Assembly (NCBI GenBank): GCA_964467035.1
Contig: CAYXNX010000003.1
Location: 21,252-85,251 of the forward strand
DNA length: 64,000 nucleotides
Direction of reading: 5' to 3'
Source: Candidatus Woesearchaeota archaeon
Lineage (GTDB): Archaea > Nanobdellota > Nanobdellia > Pacearchaeales > GW2011-AR1
The position numbers were made by a program, and so were the translations under genes. Shown here in pieces: positions 56,090 to 64,000 of the stretch (position 1 is its first letter; every line of letters starts with the position of its first letter). A model generated the notes under the pieces. It worked only from the letters and a program-made list of their open reading frames with translations. It was not told the DNA's origin and searched no databases.

Positions 56090-56539
56090 TTAACTGATAG
56101 TAACTCTTCCCATTAATTCTCCCTGAGCAATAATTTTTCCCTCCATTGCCATTTCAAGTTCTTGTTTACTAGCTCCTTGTTCTAAACTAATTTTACTATC
56201 CAAAGCATAAATTTTGAAATAATATCTATGAGTTCCTGAAGGAGGACAAGGCCCACCATAACCTGTTTTGCCAAAATTATTTACTCCCTGAACAGCTCTT
56301 TCAGGCACAGAATTTTCAGAAATTTTTGTTTTATCAGGCGAAATATTCCAAACAACCCAATGAACAAAAACTCCTGATGGAGCATCTGGGTCATCCATAA
56401 CCAAAGCCAAACTTTTAGTTTTTTCAGAAAGATTTTCAATATTAATTTCAGGATTTACATTCTCCCCTTTACAAGTATATTTTTTCGGAATCTCCTCACC
56501 CTCTTCAAAAACAGGACTTGAAATTTTTAATTTATCCAT
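56090..56539 (-). CDS. YbhB/YbcL (PEBP/RKIP-like) family protein
   Basis: MDDPDAPSGVFVHWVVWNI and GPCPPSGTHRYYF motifs. ATG at MDKLKISS chosen. Confidence 0.75.
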   Translation of the reverse strand: MDKLKISSPVFEEGEEIPKKYTCKGENVNPEINIENLSEKTKSLALVMDDPDAPSGVFVHWVVWNISPDKTKISENSVPERAVQGVNNFGKTGYGGPCPPSGTHRYYFKIYALDSKISLEQGASKQELEMAMEGKIIAQGELMGRVTIS

Positions 56540-56682
56540 TTTAAATCCGCGATTTATGTTTAACAAAAATACAGATAATACCATTACTACTTTATCTATA
56601 TATAAAAAACAATCCATTATTTTTATATTTTATGATTAACACAACAAAAAACATTTATTAACATTGCTTCTTTTTAGATTAT

Positions 56683-57147
56683 ATGAATTTAAAAAAATAT
56701 CAGAAAAAGAGGGATTTCAAGAAAACCAATGAACCAAAAGGAGAAAAGAGTATTAAAAATAATCAGATTTTTGTAATCCAAAAACACAACTCCACACATT
56801 TGCACTATGATTTAAGAATTCAAATTCAGGGAGTTTTAAAATCCTGGGCAATCCCAAAAAAACCTTCTAAAATAGGAACCAAAAGATTAGCAATACAAAC
56901 AGAAGACCATCCACTGGAATATGCAAATTTTGAAGGTGAAATTAGCGAAGGATACGGGAAAGGCAAGGTTGAAATTTGGGATAAAGGAATATACAAAAAC
57001 CTCAAGGACAAATCAATGAAAAAATGTTTTGCCGAGGGAAAAATTGAAATTGAACTCAAAGGAAATAAACTCAATGGCAACTTTGCACTGATACAAACAA
57101 ATATTGGAGAAAATAAAAAAAATTGGTTATTTTTCAAAACAAAATAA
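56683..57147 (+). CDS. stand-alone LigD-type 3'-phosphoesterase (PE) domain protein
   Basis: KRDFKKTNEP...FVIQKHNSTHLHYDLRI...SWAIPK...HPLEY..FEG matches LigD-PE. Confidence 0.75.
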   Translation: MNLKKYQKKRDFKKTNEPKGEKSIKNNQIFVIQKHNSTHLHYDLRIQIQGVLKSWAIPKKPSKIGTKRLAIQTEDHPLEYANFEGEISEGYGKGKVEIWDKGIYKNLKDKSMKKCFAEGKIEIELKGNKLNGNFALIQTNIGENKKNWLFFKTK

Positions 57148-57246
57148 TCAAATTATACAAATTTACTAAATTTATATTTTCAAAACTTTTTAGTTTAAAT
57201 CAACCATTATAAAAACCTTTAAATATAAAGTAAAACTACATTAATT

Positions 57247-59292
57247 ATGGATAAAAAATTGGTGTTCGCAGGACTTATCTTAATATTATTTATTAGTGTA
57301 GCAAGTTCTGAAATTTTTCTCTCAACACAACCCAATCAAGTTTATACTTTGGGTGAAAAAATAGAGGTTGTGAGGGGAACAGATGGAACAGAAGGTTGGG
57401 AAGAAATAAATTTAGTATGTGGAAACCTTTCAAAAATGCTTTATCTAAATTACTTAACAGACTCTGAAGAAAAAGAATTAACATTTCCTTTAACAAAAAA
57501 TTTCTTAGGGGGAATGTCAGGAAAATGTTATTTAGAGCTAATTTTTCAAAATCAAACAAAAAAAAGTTTACAATTTGACATAGTAGATTATTTGGAAATT
57601 GATACAAGTTTTAATAATTTAGAATTTAATCCAAATGAAACTCTAATTTTCTCAGGAGAGGTAAGAAAACCAAACAGTGTAGAAGTAGAAAATGCATTTA
57701 TTGAAGCAAAATTAAAAACAACAGGGTTGGAATCTTTAGTTACTGTTGAAAACAGCCAATTCGAAGGAGAAATAAAACTTCCCGGAACAATCGAATCTAA
57801 AGAATACACTTTAGAAATTTTTGCATATGAAAAAAAAGATGAACAAATCACAAACAATGGAAAAGAAAACTTTACAATAACAATAAAACAAAAACCAACA
57901 AAAATCAAAATAAAAACACAAGAAGAAATAAACCCTGGAGAAGATTTAGAATTTAAAGCAATACTTTATGACCAATCTGGCAAAACAATCAATAATCAAC
58001 AAGTTTCTTATACATTAAAAGATTCAACAGGAGAGGAAAATCTAAACATTTTATCAAGTGGAGACAATTCAACATTTTATAAACTTCCTCCAAACACCCC
58101 AAAAGGATATATGAATTTAACAGCAAAAACAGAAGGACTAACTGCAGAAAAAAGAATATATGTTAAAGAAAATGAACAAGCATCTTTCAATTTAGAGAAT
58201 AATACTCTTTCAATAAGAAATATCGGAAACGTTCCCTACAATAATCCTATAGAAATCAAAATAGGAAATGAAACAAAAGTTATAGAAACAAACTTAACAC
58301 AAGGAGAGTCTGAATCTTTATATTTGGAGGCCCCTGAAGGAGAATATAATATCTCGATAAATGATGGTTTTCAAAATTTAAGTAAAAAAACAGCTTTAAC
58401 AGGAAATGCAGTTTCAGTAAGCTCAAAAAATCCAAATGCTCAAGGAATTTTAGCAAGAAACAGATTTTTGCTTATCTTTTTTATTTTTCTAATCTTTGGG
58501 CTTTTTATTTTTGTAGCTTCTAAGAAATATTCTAATACAAGCATTATGCAAAAACCATTTAGAAAATTAAAGAAAAAACATTCTCCAGAATATACTTCAA
58601 ATGACAAAGGATATGGAGAAGGAGTTATAAAAGCAAAACCTGAAAAAAAGAAAGAAAAAGATGATGGTTCTGCTGCCCACTCTCTTGTTTTAAGCGGTGA
58701 CAAACAAAAATCATCATTAATTGCAATCAAAATAAAAAATTGGAAAGAAATTGACACAGAAGGCTCAAATGCTAATGAAACAATTGCAAAAATTAAAGAC
58801 ATAATAAGTCAAAATAAAGGAAGAGTCTACAAATCAGATGGACACCTAATTGGTGTATTTGCTCCAGTAAACACAAGAACTTTTGATAACTCAATTAACG
58901 CACTTAAAACAGGAAATGAAATAACAAAAATCCTAAATGAACATAACAGAAAATACACAAAAAAAATAAACTATGGTATTGGAATAAACTCTGGGGATAT
59001 AGTTGCAAAAAAAGAGGAGGGTAAACTTTTGTTTACTCCTTTAAAAAATAGCTTAACAGATGCAAAAAGAATTTCAGATATCGCTGAAAACTCAGTTTTA
59101 ATAGGAGAAAATGTTTCAAAAGAAGTTGGAAACAGAGCAAAATTCAACCCATATCCTGCAAAAGCAGGACTTAAAACTTATGAATTATCTGGATTTAATC
59201 AAGCAAGGATACAAAACAAAGATTTCATAAACTCATTTGTTGAAAGAAACAACCAATACAAAAAACTTGACAATTTTAGATTAAGAAAATAA
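57247..59292 (+). CDS. large surface protein: sequon-rich ectodomain, one TM, cytoplasmic cyclase-homology-like domain
   Basis: Signal/TM at the N-terminus. Many N-x-S/T sequons. TM segment FLLIFFIFLIFGLFIFVA. The C-terminal IAIKIKNW...GHLIGVFA...YGIGINSGDIV...LIGENV loosely resembles class III cyclase folds. Confidence 0.5.
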   Translation: MDKKLVFAGLILILFISVASSEIFLSTQPNQVYTLGEKIEVVRGTDGTEGWEEINLVCGNLSKMLYLNYLTDSEEKELTFPLTKNFLGGMSGKCYLELIFQNQTKKSLQFDIVDYLEIDTSFNNLEFNPNETLIFSGEVRKPNSVEVENAFIEAKLKTTGLESLVTVENSQFEGEIKLPGTIESKEYTLEIFAYEKKDEQITNNGKENFTITIKQKPTKIKIKTQEEINPGEDLEFKAILYDQSGKTINNQQVSYTLKDSTGEENLNILSSGDNSTFYKLPPNTPKGYMNLTAKTEGLTAEKRIYVKENEQASFNLENNTLSIRNIGNVPYNNPIEIKIGNETKVIETNLTQGESESLYLEAPEGEYNISINDGFQNLSKKTALTGNAVSVSSKNPNAQGILARNRFLLIFFIFLIFGLFIFVASKKYSNTSIMQKPFRKLKKKHSPEYTSNDKGYGEGVIKAKPEKKKEKDDGSAAHSLVLSGDKQKSSLIAIKIKNWKEIDTEGSNANETIAKIKDIISQNKGRVYKSDGHLIGVFAPVNTRTFDNSINALKTGNEITKILNEHNRKYTKKINYGIGINSGDIVAKKEEGKLLFTPLKNSLTDAKRISDIAENSVLIGENVSKEVGNRAKFNPYPAKAGLKTYELSGFNQARIQNKDFINSFVERNNQYKKLDNFRLRK

Positions 59293-59340
59293 ATATTTAA
59301 CCATATATTTTTTTAAAAACTATTATTTCCTTAAAATTAT

Positions 59341-60999
59341 ATGGATCCCCAACCATTTGGATTAAATAAAACAAAAAGATATACTTCTCAAGAATCTGAA
59401 AAAGCATTATTCCAAAATAGAGCAATAGGCAATTCAGGAAGTTTTGAATTAGTTGATTACATGGGAGGTGATGGAACTGTTGAAAGAGTTGCAACTCTTG
59501 GACACGGAACAGAAATTTTCAAGGAAAAACCAGCCAAAGATTCATTTATTCAGTATTTAGCAACAAACAGAATACTTGCCCCCTTTAAATCTGTTCAAGC
59601 CAAATTTGTAATACAATCCCCTATCGAAGTAGCTTTAAATTTTATTTACGAACCAAATAATAGTGTAAATGAATATTCTTTAAGATATTCTAAACCTCTT
59701 ACATCGAGTTTTCAATTTGAAACAGGAAACAAAGAAGCTGACAAGATTTTTTCTCAAATTCGTGAATCTTCTTTGAGAGGATATAATTGGCTTATTAAAA
59801 AAGACCTAGCAAGAGAACTTTCAAGATCTATTTTGGGAAGTGACCAAAACACAAGATATTATATTAAATCAGACTTTTTGTCTTTAGTTGGCTTCATAAA
59901 ATCAATGGAAAAATTCTCACAAAAATTCCCAAACCCTTTAGAGGACTATATTGTTTACCTAAAAAACACTTTAGGAAAAATTGCACCCTTGTCGTTTGAT
60001 GCTCTTTATAATCCAAGAAGAATTTCCATTGATTTAACATTTCCAAAAGATGAAGATATTGTAGATTCCCCTCTTTCTCCACAAAATTGGGAGTCCAGTC
60101 AAACAAAAAGACGCACAGTAAAAAATTTAGAAGAAATTTTATTCTCGCCTTTTCAGGTTTTAGATAACGGAGAAATCCAAGCAGTAGATTATATGGGAGA
60201 CGATAATTCCATGGCAGAAGCTGCAAGAACAAGCTATGGAGAAGGAACTAAAACTTTAACAGACAATGCAAATTTAGTAAGAAGTTTAATAAGAGATAAT
60301 CACACATCTCCTATTGAAATGGCTGAATTAGCTTTTGAATCAAAAGCCCCTGTTTTTTCAGACCCAAGACAATTTGGAAGACACAGAACATTGGATTTCC
60401 ACGGATTTATGGGATATTTCCCAAAAGGAAGTCAAATTTATTTTCCAGAAGATACTGAATTCAAACATCAAGATAGAAAAAACAGACAAGGAAGGAATAA
60501 ATTAATGGAAGAAAATGACAGAGAAACTTCTAAAAAAATTTTAGCCAAAACTTTTGAAAAACAAAAACAAGGCATTGAGAAATTAAGGAAATTAGGGATT
60601 AGCGAAAATTCAATTCGTATGAGCAAAGGTGTTGGAACATTTACAAAAACTTGGAGAACTGGAGATGTTCACAATTTAGGACATTATCTATCTCTAAGAA
60701 ACGACCCTCATGCTCAAAAAGAAATAAGAGTTTATGCTGAAATAGTTGACGAAATTTTAGCAAAATTTGTCCCTATTGCACATAAATCACTCCATACATA
60801 CAAATTGGATTCAATAAAATTTTCAACAAAGGAAATTGAATTATTAAAACGTAATTTAAAAAAACAAGAAATTAATTGGGATAATTTGGATAATTTTAAA
60901 GGGGTAGGATTTGTAAGAAAAAACAAAGAAACTAAAAAAGAACAATTAAGCAGAGAAGGAGAAACATTTAAACAAAAACTTCGCAGATTATTAGATTAA
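59341..60999 (+). CDS. thyX: tandem-domain ThyX-like FAD-dependent thymidylate synthase
   Basis: Two ThyX-like halves. The N-half keeps SVNEYSLRYS. The C-half keeps HTSPIEMAE, FGRHRT, KNRQGR and LSLRNDPHAQKEIRVYAE. Confidence 0.6.
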   Translation: MDPQPFGLNKTKRYTSQESEKALFQNRAIGNSGSFELVDYMGGDGTVERVATLGHGTEIFKEKPAKDSFIQYLATNRILAPFKSVQAKFVIQSPIEVALNFIYEPNNSVNEYSLRYSKPLTSSFQFETGNKEADKIFSQIRESSLRGYNWLIKKDLARELSRSILGSDQNTRYYIKSDFLSLVGFIKSMEKFSQKFPNPLEDYIVYLKNTLGKIAPLSFDALYNPRRISIDLTFPKDEDIVDSPLSPQNWESSQTKRRTVKNLEEILFSPFQVLDNGEIQAVDYMGDDNSMAEAARTSYGEGTKTLTDNANLVRSLIRDNHTSPIEMAELAFESKAPVFSDPRQFGRHRTLDFHGFMGYFPKGSQIYFPEDTEFKHQDRKNRQGRNKLMEENDRETSKKILAKTFEKQKQGIEKLRKLGISENSIRMSKGVGTFTKTWRTGDVHNLGHYLSLRNDPHAQKEIRVYAEIVDEILAKFVPIAHKSLHTYKLDSIKFSTKEIELLKRNLKKQEINWDNLDNFKGVGFVRKNKETKKEQLSREGETFKQKLRRLLD

Positions 61000-61235
61000 A
61001 AATTTTTTTGTTTAATTCTCCCCAATAAATCTTCTACTTCTCCCCACTCATTTGCTCTGCAAAAATCATAAGGTCTTGAATTTCCTAAACCCACATTACC
61101 AGAATAAAACCATCTAACAGCTTCTTCTTCATTAAAAACTTCATAAATTGTTTTAACTAAATTCCTCCCTGCAAATTTCTCCATTGACTCTTTTTTTTCT
61201 TGATAATTTTCCATTATTTGTAAAGATAAATCCAA
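60996..61235 (-). CDS. hypothetical 79-aa protein
   Basis: ORF only. Tightly packed after taw1. Confidence 0.35.
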   Translation of the reverse strand: MDLSLQIMENYQEKKESMEKFAGRNLVKTIYEVFNEEEAVRWFYSGNVGLGNSRPYDFCRANEWGEVEDLLGRIKQKNF

Positions 61236-61238
61236 TTT

Positions 61239-62276
61239 TTAAATATTTGGCATTATTTTATTTGAAGAATAATTTTCAGAAGTATAATCAACACCTGAAT
61301 TCACAAATCCAAAAAACTTTGGAAAGTCAATATACTTTTTTCCATTCAAAGATTTTTTCATCAACAAAACAACTCTCGAGGGCAAATGTTGGTCAATAAT
61401 TTCATAATCTGGCAAATATTTTTTCAACTCCTTGGAAAATTCCTTAACTTCATTCATATAAGGCATATTCTCAACATTATAATATCTCTGACTCCCACCC
61501 ACCCACATATAAGACTTTAACTCAATAAAATCTGGCTTACCCAAATTAATTAATTTAGCATAATCTCCAAAATCCCTCATATTTTCTTTCTTTATCAATG
61601 TCAACCTAATGCAAGTTCGGTATTTTCTCGTAGCCAACAATTCCAAACTTTTTTTCAAACGCTCCCAGTAATCTTTAAACAATGGTCTATCTATTTCTTT
61701 CAAAACTTTTTTATTTCCTCCATCAAGACTAATATAAAGTTGGGTTACATTTTCAATTATCTCAATTTGCTCTGGAAATTGTGCATTAGTTACTAAAAAT
61801 GTTGAAATTTTGTTTTTATGAAATTCTTTTAATATCTCATTTATCTTAGGATAAGTAATTGGTTCTCCTGTAAGTGACAAAGCAACATGTCTTACATTTT
61901 TAGATTCTTGAAATGCTTTTTTATTCAACTTTTTATATCCTCCAAAACCTTTTAAGAAATCTTCATGTTTTTCTAAGGATTTTGAAATTATTTCTTTAGG
62001 AGAATCAATTTTCCCATACCACTCTTTTCCAACAGGTGCTTTTTGTCCTCGCCAACAAAATTTACACCTAGAGGCACAATACATCGAAGTTGTCATTTGC
62101 ATACATTGATGACTTCTTATTCCATAAAACTTAAACTTATAACAACCCCCTTCTCCCCTTAACATTTTCTTAGTCCACCCGCAGGTTTTTACAGCAGAAT
62201 GCTCCCCCACAATCCCATATTGTTGCTTCTTAAGTTGAGCTTTTTGCCCTTCTGCAAGTTGCTTTTTCTCTACCAT
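61239..62276 (-). CDS. taw1: tRNA 4-demethylwyosine synthase Taw1/TYW1 (radical SAM)
   Basis: N-terminal Cys cluster (HSAVKTCGWTKK..CYK..YGI.SH.C), CASRCKFCWR radical SAM motif and LSLTGEP. Confidence 0.85.
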   Translation of the reverse strand: MVEKKQLAEGQKAQLKKQQYGIVGEHSAVKTCGWTKKMLRGEGGCYKFKFYGIRSHQCMQMTTSMYCASRCKFCWRGQKAPVGKEWYGKIDSPKEIISKSLEKHEDFLKGFGGYKKLNKKAFQESKNVRHVALSLTGEPITYPKINEILKEFHKNKISTFLVTNAQFPEQIEIIENVTQLYISLDGGNKKVLKEIDRPLFKDYWERLKKSLELLATRKYRTCIRLTLIKKENMRDFGDYAKLINLGKPDFIELKSYMWVGGSQRYYNVENMPYMNEVKEFSKELKKYLPDYEIIDQHLPSRVVLLMKKSLNGKKYIDFPKFFGFVNSGVDYTSENYSSNKIMPNI

Positions 62277-62352
62277 TAAATAAACTATTGTTAACTCTTT
62301 AAAAATTTTTGTAAATAAAAAAATATTTATACTACAAATTGTTTAAAGTAAT

Positions 62353-62643
62353 ATGATGTCCAAAGGTGTTGAAAACAGAATGCAACAAATCTTTAGAGAT
62401 GAATTTCCCCTTGCAAAAAGAATAGTAAATTACATGGATGAAGAGAGTTTTCATGAAAAACATCCTCGGGAATACCAAGACATTGCGTTGAGCTCAATTC
62501 AAAGAAAGTTTCTTGAATACGAAGGAATTGATAAGGAAAAATTTTGGAACATAATTACTTTATTAAAAACAAATGGGTATATCCATGAAAAAAGAAAAGA
62601 AAGGTATACATTAAGTAAACCCCTTAGAAGAAAAGTTAATTAG
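62353..62643 (+). CDS. hypothetical protein, possible winged-helix
   Basis: ORF with a promoter-like aaatatttatac box upstream. Confidence 0.4.
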   Translation: MMSKGVENRMQQIFRDEFPLAKRIVNYMDEESFHEKHPREYQDIALSSIQRKFLEYEGIDKEKFWNIITLLKTNGYIHEKRKERYTLSKPLRRKVN

Positions 62644-62689
62644 TAAGATTTAAAAACATATAATTAAATATTAAAATAGTTTTCAAACA

Positions 62690-62962
62690 ATGGCACGATT
62701 AATTAATGTAGAAACAGGCAAAGAAGTTAAAGTAAAAGAAAATGATAAAAAAGATTTAATTGAAAAAGCAGAGGAACTGGGAGTGATTCTTGCATGTCAA
62801 AATGGAATCTGTGGTTCTTGCAGAATTGAAGTAATTGAAGGGATGGAAAACCTCTCAGAATTCACAGAACAAGAAAAAGATATGGGTTTTGATGAAAGTG
62901 GAAAAGAAAGATTATTGTGTCAATGTATGATTAAGAAAGGTGATGTTAAAATAAAAATTTAA
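62690..62962 (+). CDS. 2Fe-2S ferredoxin-like protein
   Basis: ACQNGICGSCRIEV ... LLCQC cysteine pattern. Confidence 0.6.
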   Translation: MARLINVETGKEVKVKENDKKDLIEKAEELGVILACQNGICGSCRIEVIEGMENLSEFTEQEKDMGFDESGKERLLCQCMIKKGDVKIKI

Positions 62963-63001
62963 CACCAAAAACTTTAATAATCAAGTTTACTGGAAATTAA
63001 A

Positions 63002-63298
63002 ATGGAAAAAGATATTGGAAAAGTAAAAAAGAATGAAAACACAGAAATTGTTGTAAGAATTGATGATTTCGGAGGAAAACCAGGAGTAACAATTCGGGAA
63101 TTTGTTACAAGCGACAGATACACCGGATTCACAAAAGCTGGAACAAGAATCTCGCCAGACAACTTTCTAAAATTCAGAGAACTCATAAACCAAATAGACA
63201 TTTCTGAACTTAATGCAATGGGTTCTGAAGAAAACAAGGAATCTGAAAACACAGAAAGTTCTGAAGATAAAGAAGAAAACTCTCAGGAAGATTACTGA
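63002..63298 (+). CDS. PC4/YdbC-like ssDNA-binding protein with acidic tail
   Basis: TEIVVRIDDFGGKPGVTIREFVTSDRYTGFTKAGTRIS fits the PC4-like fold pattern. Weak. Confidence 0.35.
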   Translation: MEKDIGKVKKNENTEIVVRIDDFGGKPGVTIREFVTSDRYTGFTKAGTRISPDNFLKFRELINQIDISELNAMGSEENKESENTESSEDKEENSQEDY

Positions 63299-64000
63299 AA
63301 TTCGTCCAAAAATTTCTCAGGATTAAATGCTTCAACTAAATTAACAATTGGTTTATCTGTGTGAACAATATCATCAGTTCCAATTCTCGGACAAGCTGTA
63401 TTAACCCAACACTTAATAAAATTAAAATTCTCAAAGTCCTCAAAATTAACACTATCAGTTAAAAAAATATAAGCATTTTTCCCTTTTATTTTTAATTCTT
63501 TTTTCAAATTATTAGCTCGCGCCAAATATTGTTGCCCAGGTTTTTGCGTCACCAAAATTCCAATTTCTTTTGCTAAAATAAACGCCTTCAAATTCTGTTT
63601 CATTTTTCCAATCTGGGACGCAATATCTTTCTTACCCACAATCTTCATTTTCTTTGCAATAGGGTCCCATAAAATCACTGGTTTTGGATTAGACAAATTT
63701 CTTTGTGCTAACAAAAGGGCCTTTGGATGAAACAACCCGTCTCCCAAATAAAGAATAGCATCTGCTTCAGAAAACAAATCTTTTTCAAAATTTTCCTTAT
63801 AACAATCACACCCCAAAATTTGAATTTTATCATTGGTTCTTGAAGCCTTAGTTGTCAAAATTTTTATACCCAATTTTTTTAATTGTTTTTTAATTTCAGA
63901 AATTTCAGAAAACTGTGTGCTTGCAAAAATCCCCAAAGATTCAATTTTATTTTTCTTCAGATACTTGATTAATTTTTCACCCAATTTTAAATCTCCTTCA
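63292..64000 (-). CDS. dph2: diphthamide synthase Dph2 (partial; N-terminus beyond window end)
   Basis: ILGCDC, ILYLGDGLFHP and WVNTACPRIGTDD motifs. The frame stays open to position 64000. Confidence 0.7.
   Translation of the reverse strand, partial: EGDLKLGEKLIKYLKKNKIESLGIFASTQFSEISEIKKQLKKLGIKILTTKASRTNDKIQILGCDCYKENFEKDLFSEADAILYLGDGLFHPKALLLAQRNLSNPKPVILWDPIAKKMKIVGKKDIASQIGKMKQNLKAFILAKEIGILVTQKPGQQYLARANNLKKELKIKGKNAYIFLTDSVNFEDFENFNFIKCWVNTACPRIGTDDIVHTDKPIVNLVEAFNPEKFLDEFQ

Noticed and set aside
1-64000. CRISPR arrays, rRNA genes, IS elements, integrases
   Set aside because: I looked for regularly spaced direct repeats of 24-40 nt, for rRNA-like GC-rich stretches, and for transposase or tyrosine-recombinase motifs in all listed ORFs. 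None were found. The only tandem repeats are 18 nt x2 (30037-30072) and the 79-nt-period tRNA-like units (42672-42789).

Overview
This is an AT-rich archaeal chromosomal segment (roughly 30% GC by eye). The archaeal call rests on archaeal/eukaryotic-type replication and translation genes: RFC large and small subunits, FEN1, family-B DNA polymerase, Lhr helicase with a PdeM-like nuclease, PheRS alpha/beta, ThrRS with the archaeal editing domain, TrpRS, Taw1, Dph2 and eL41. Three tRNAs lie on the minus strand. Two carry 37/38 introns, and tRNA-Glu has an unusually long intron of about 156 nt. Many genes are preceded by a TTTATAAA box about 20-26 nt upstream of the start codon. Short genes, Tat-signal cell-wall hydrolases and heavy gene overlap suggest a DPANN-like small-genome archaeon; that is inference only.

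The most unusual signal is non-coding. Three accessory islands (about 1260-2700, 27950-31060 and 45890-48630) are visibly more GC-rich than the background. They are built from two dispersed repeat families:
- Family B consists of structure-conserved imperfect hairpins at gene boundaries. They look attC/CALIN-like, and no integrase is present in the window.
- Family A is C-rich on the plus strand and has a tRNA-T-arm-like core.

These repeats bracket non-core ORFs. Three of those ORFs are additionally enclosed, promoter included, by gene-specific inverted repeats.

Other notable points:
- Three toxin genes (two RelE-like, one HEPN) each carry exactly one in-frame stop codon next to an intact partner gene.
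- tRNA-derived fragments lie next to tRNA-Gln and inside one island.
- A four-gene operon contains a possible cyclodipeptide-synthase-like protein.
- A tandem ThyX has complementary degenerate motifs.

No CRISPR array, rRNA, transposase or integrase was seen.
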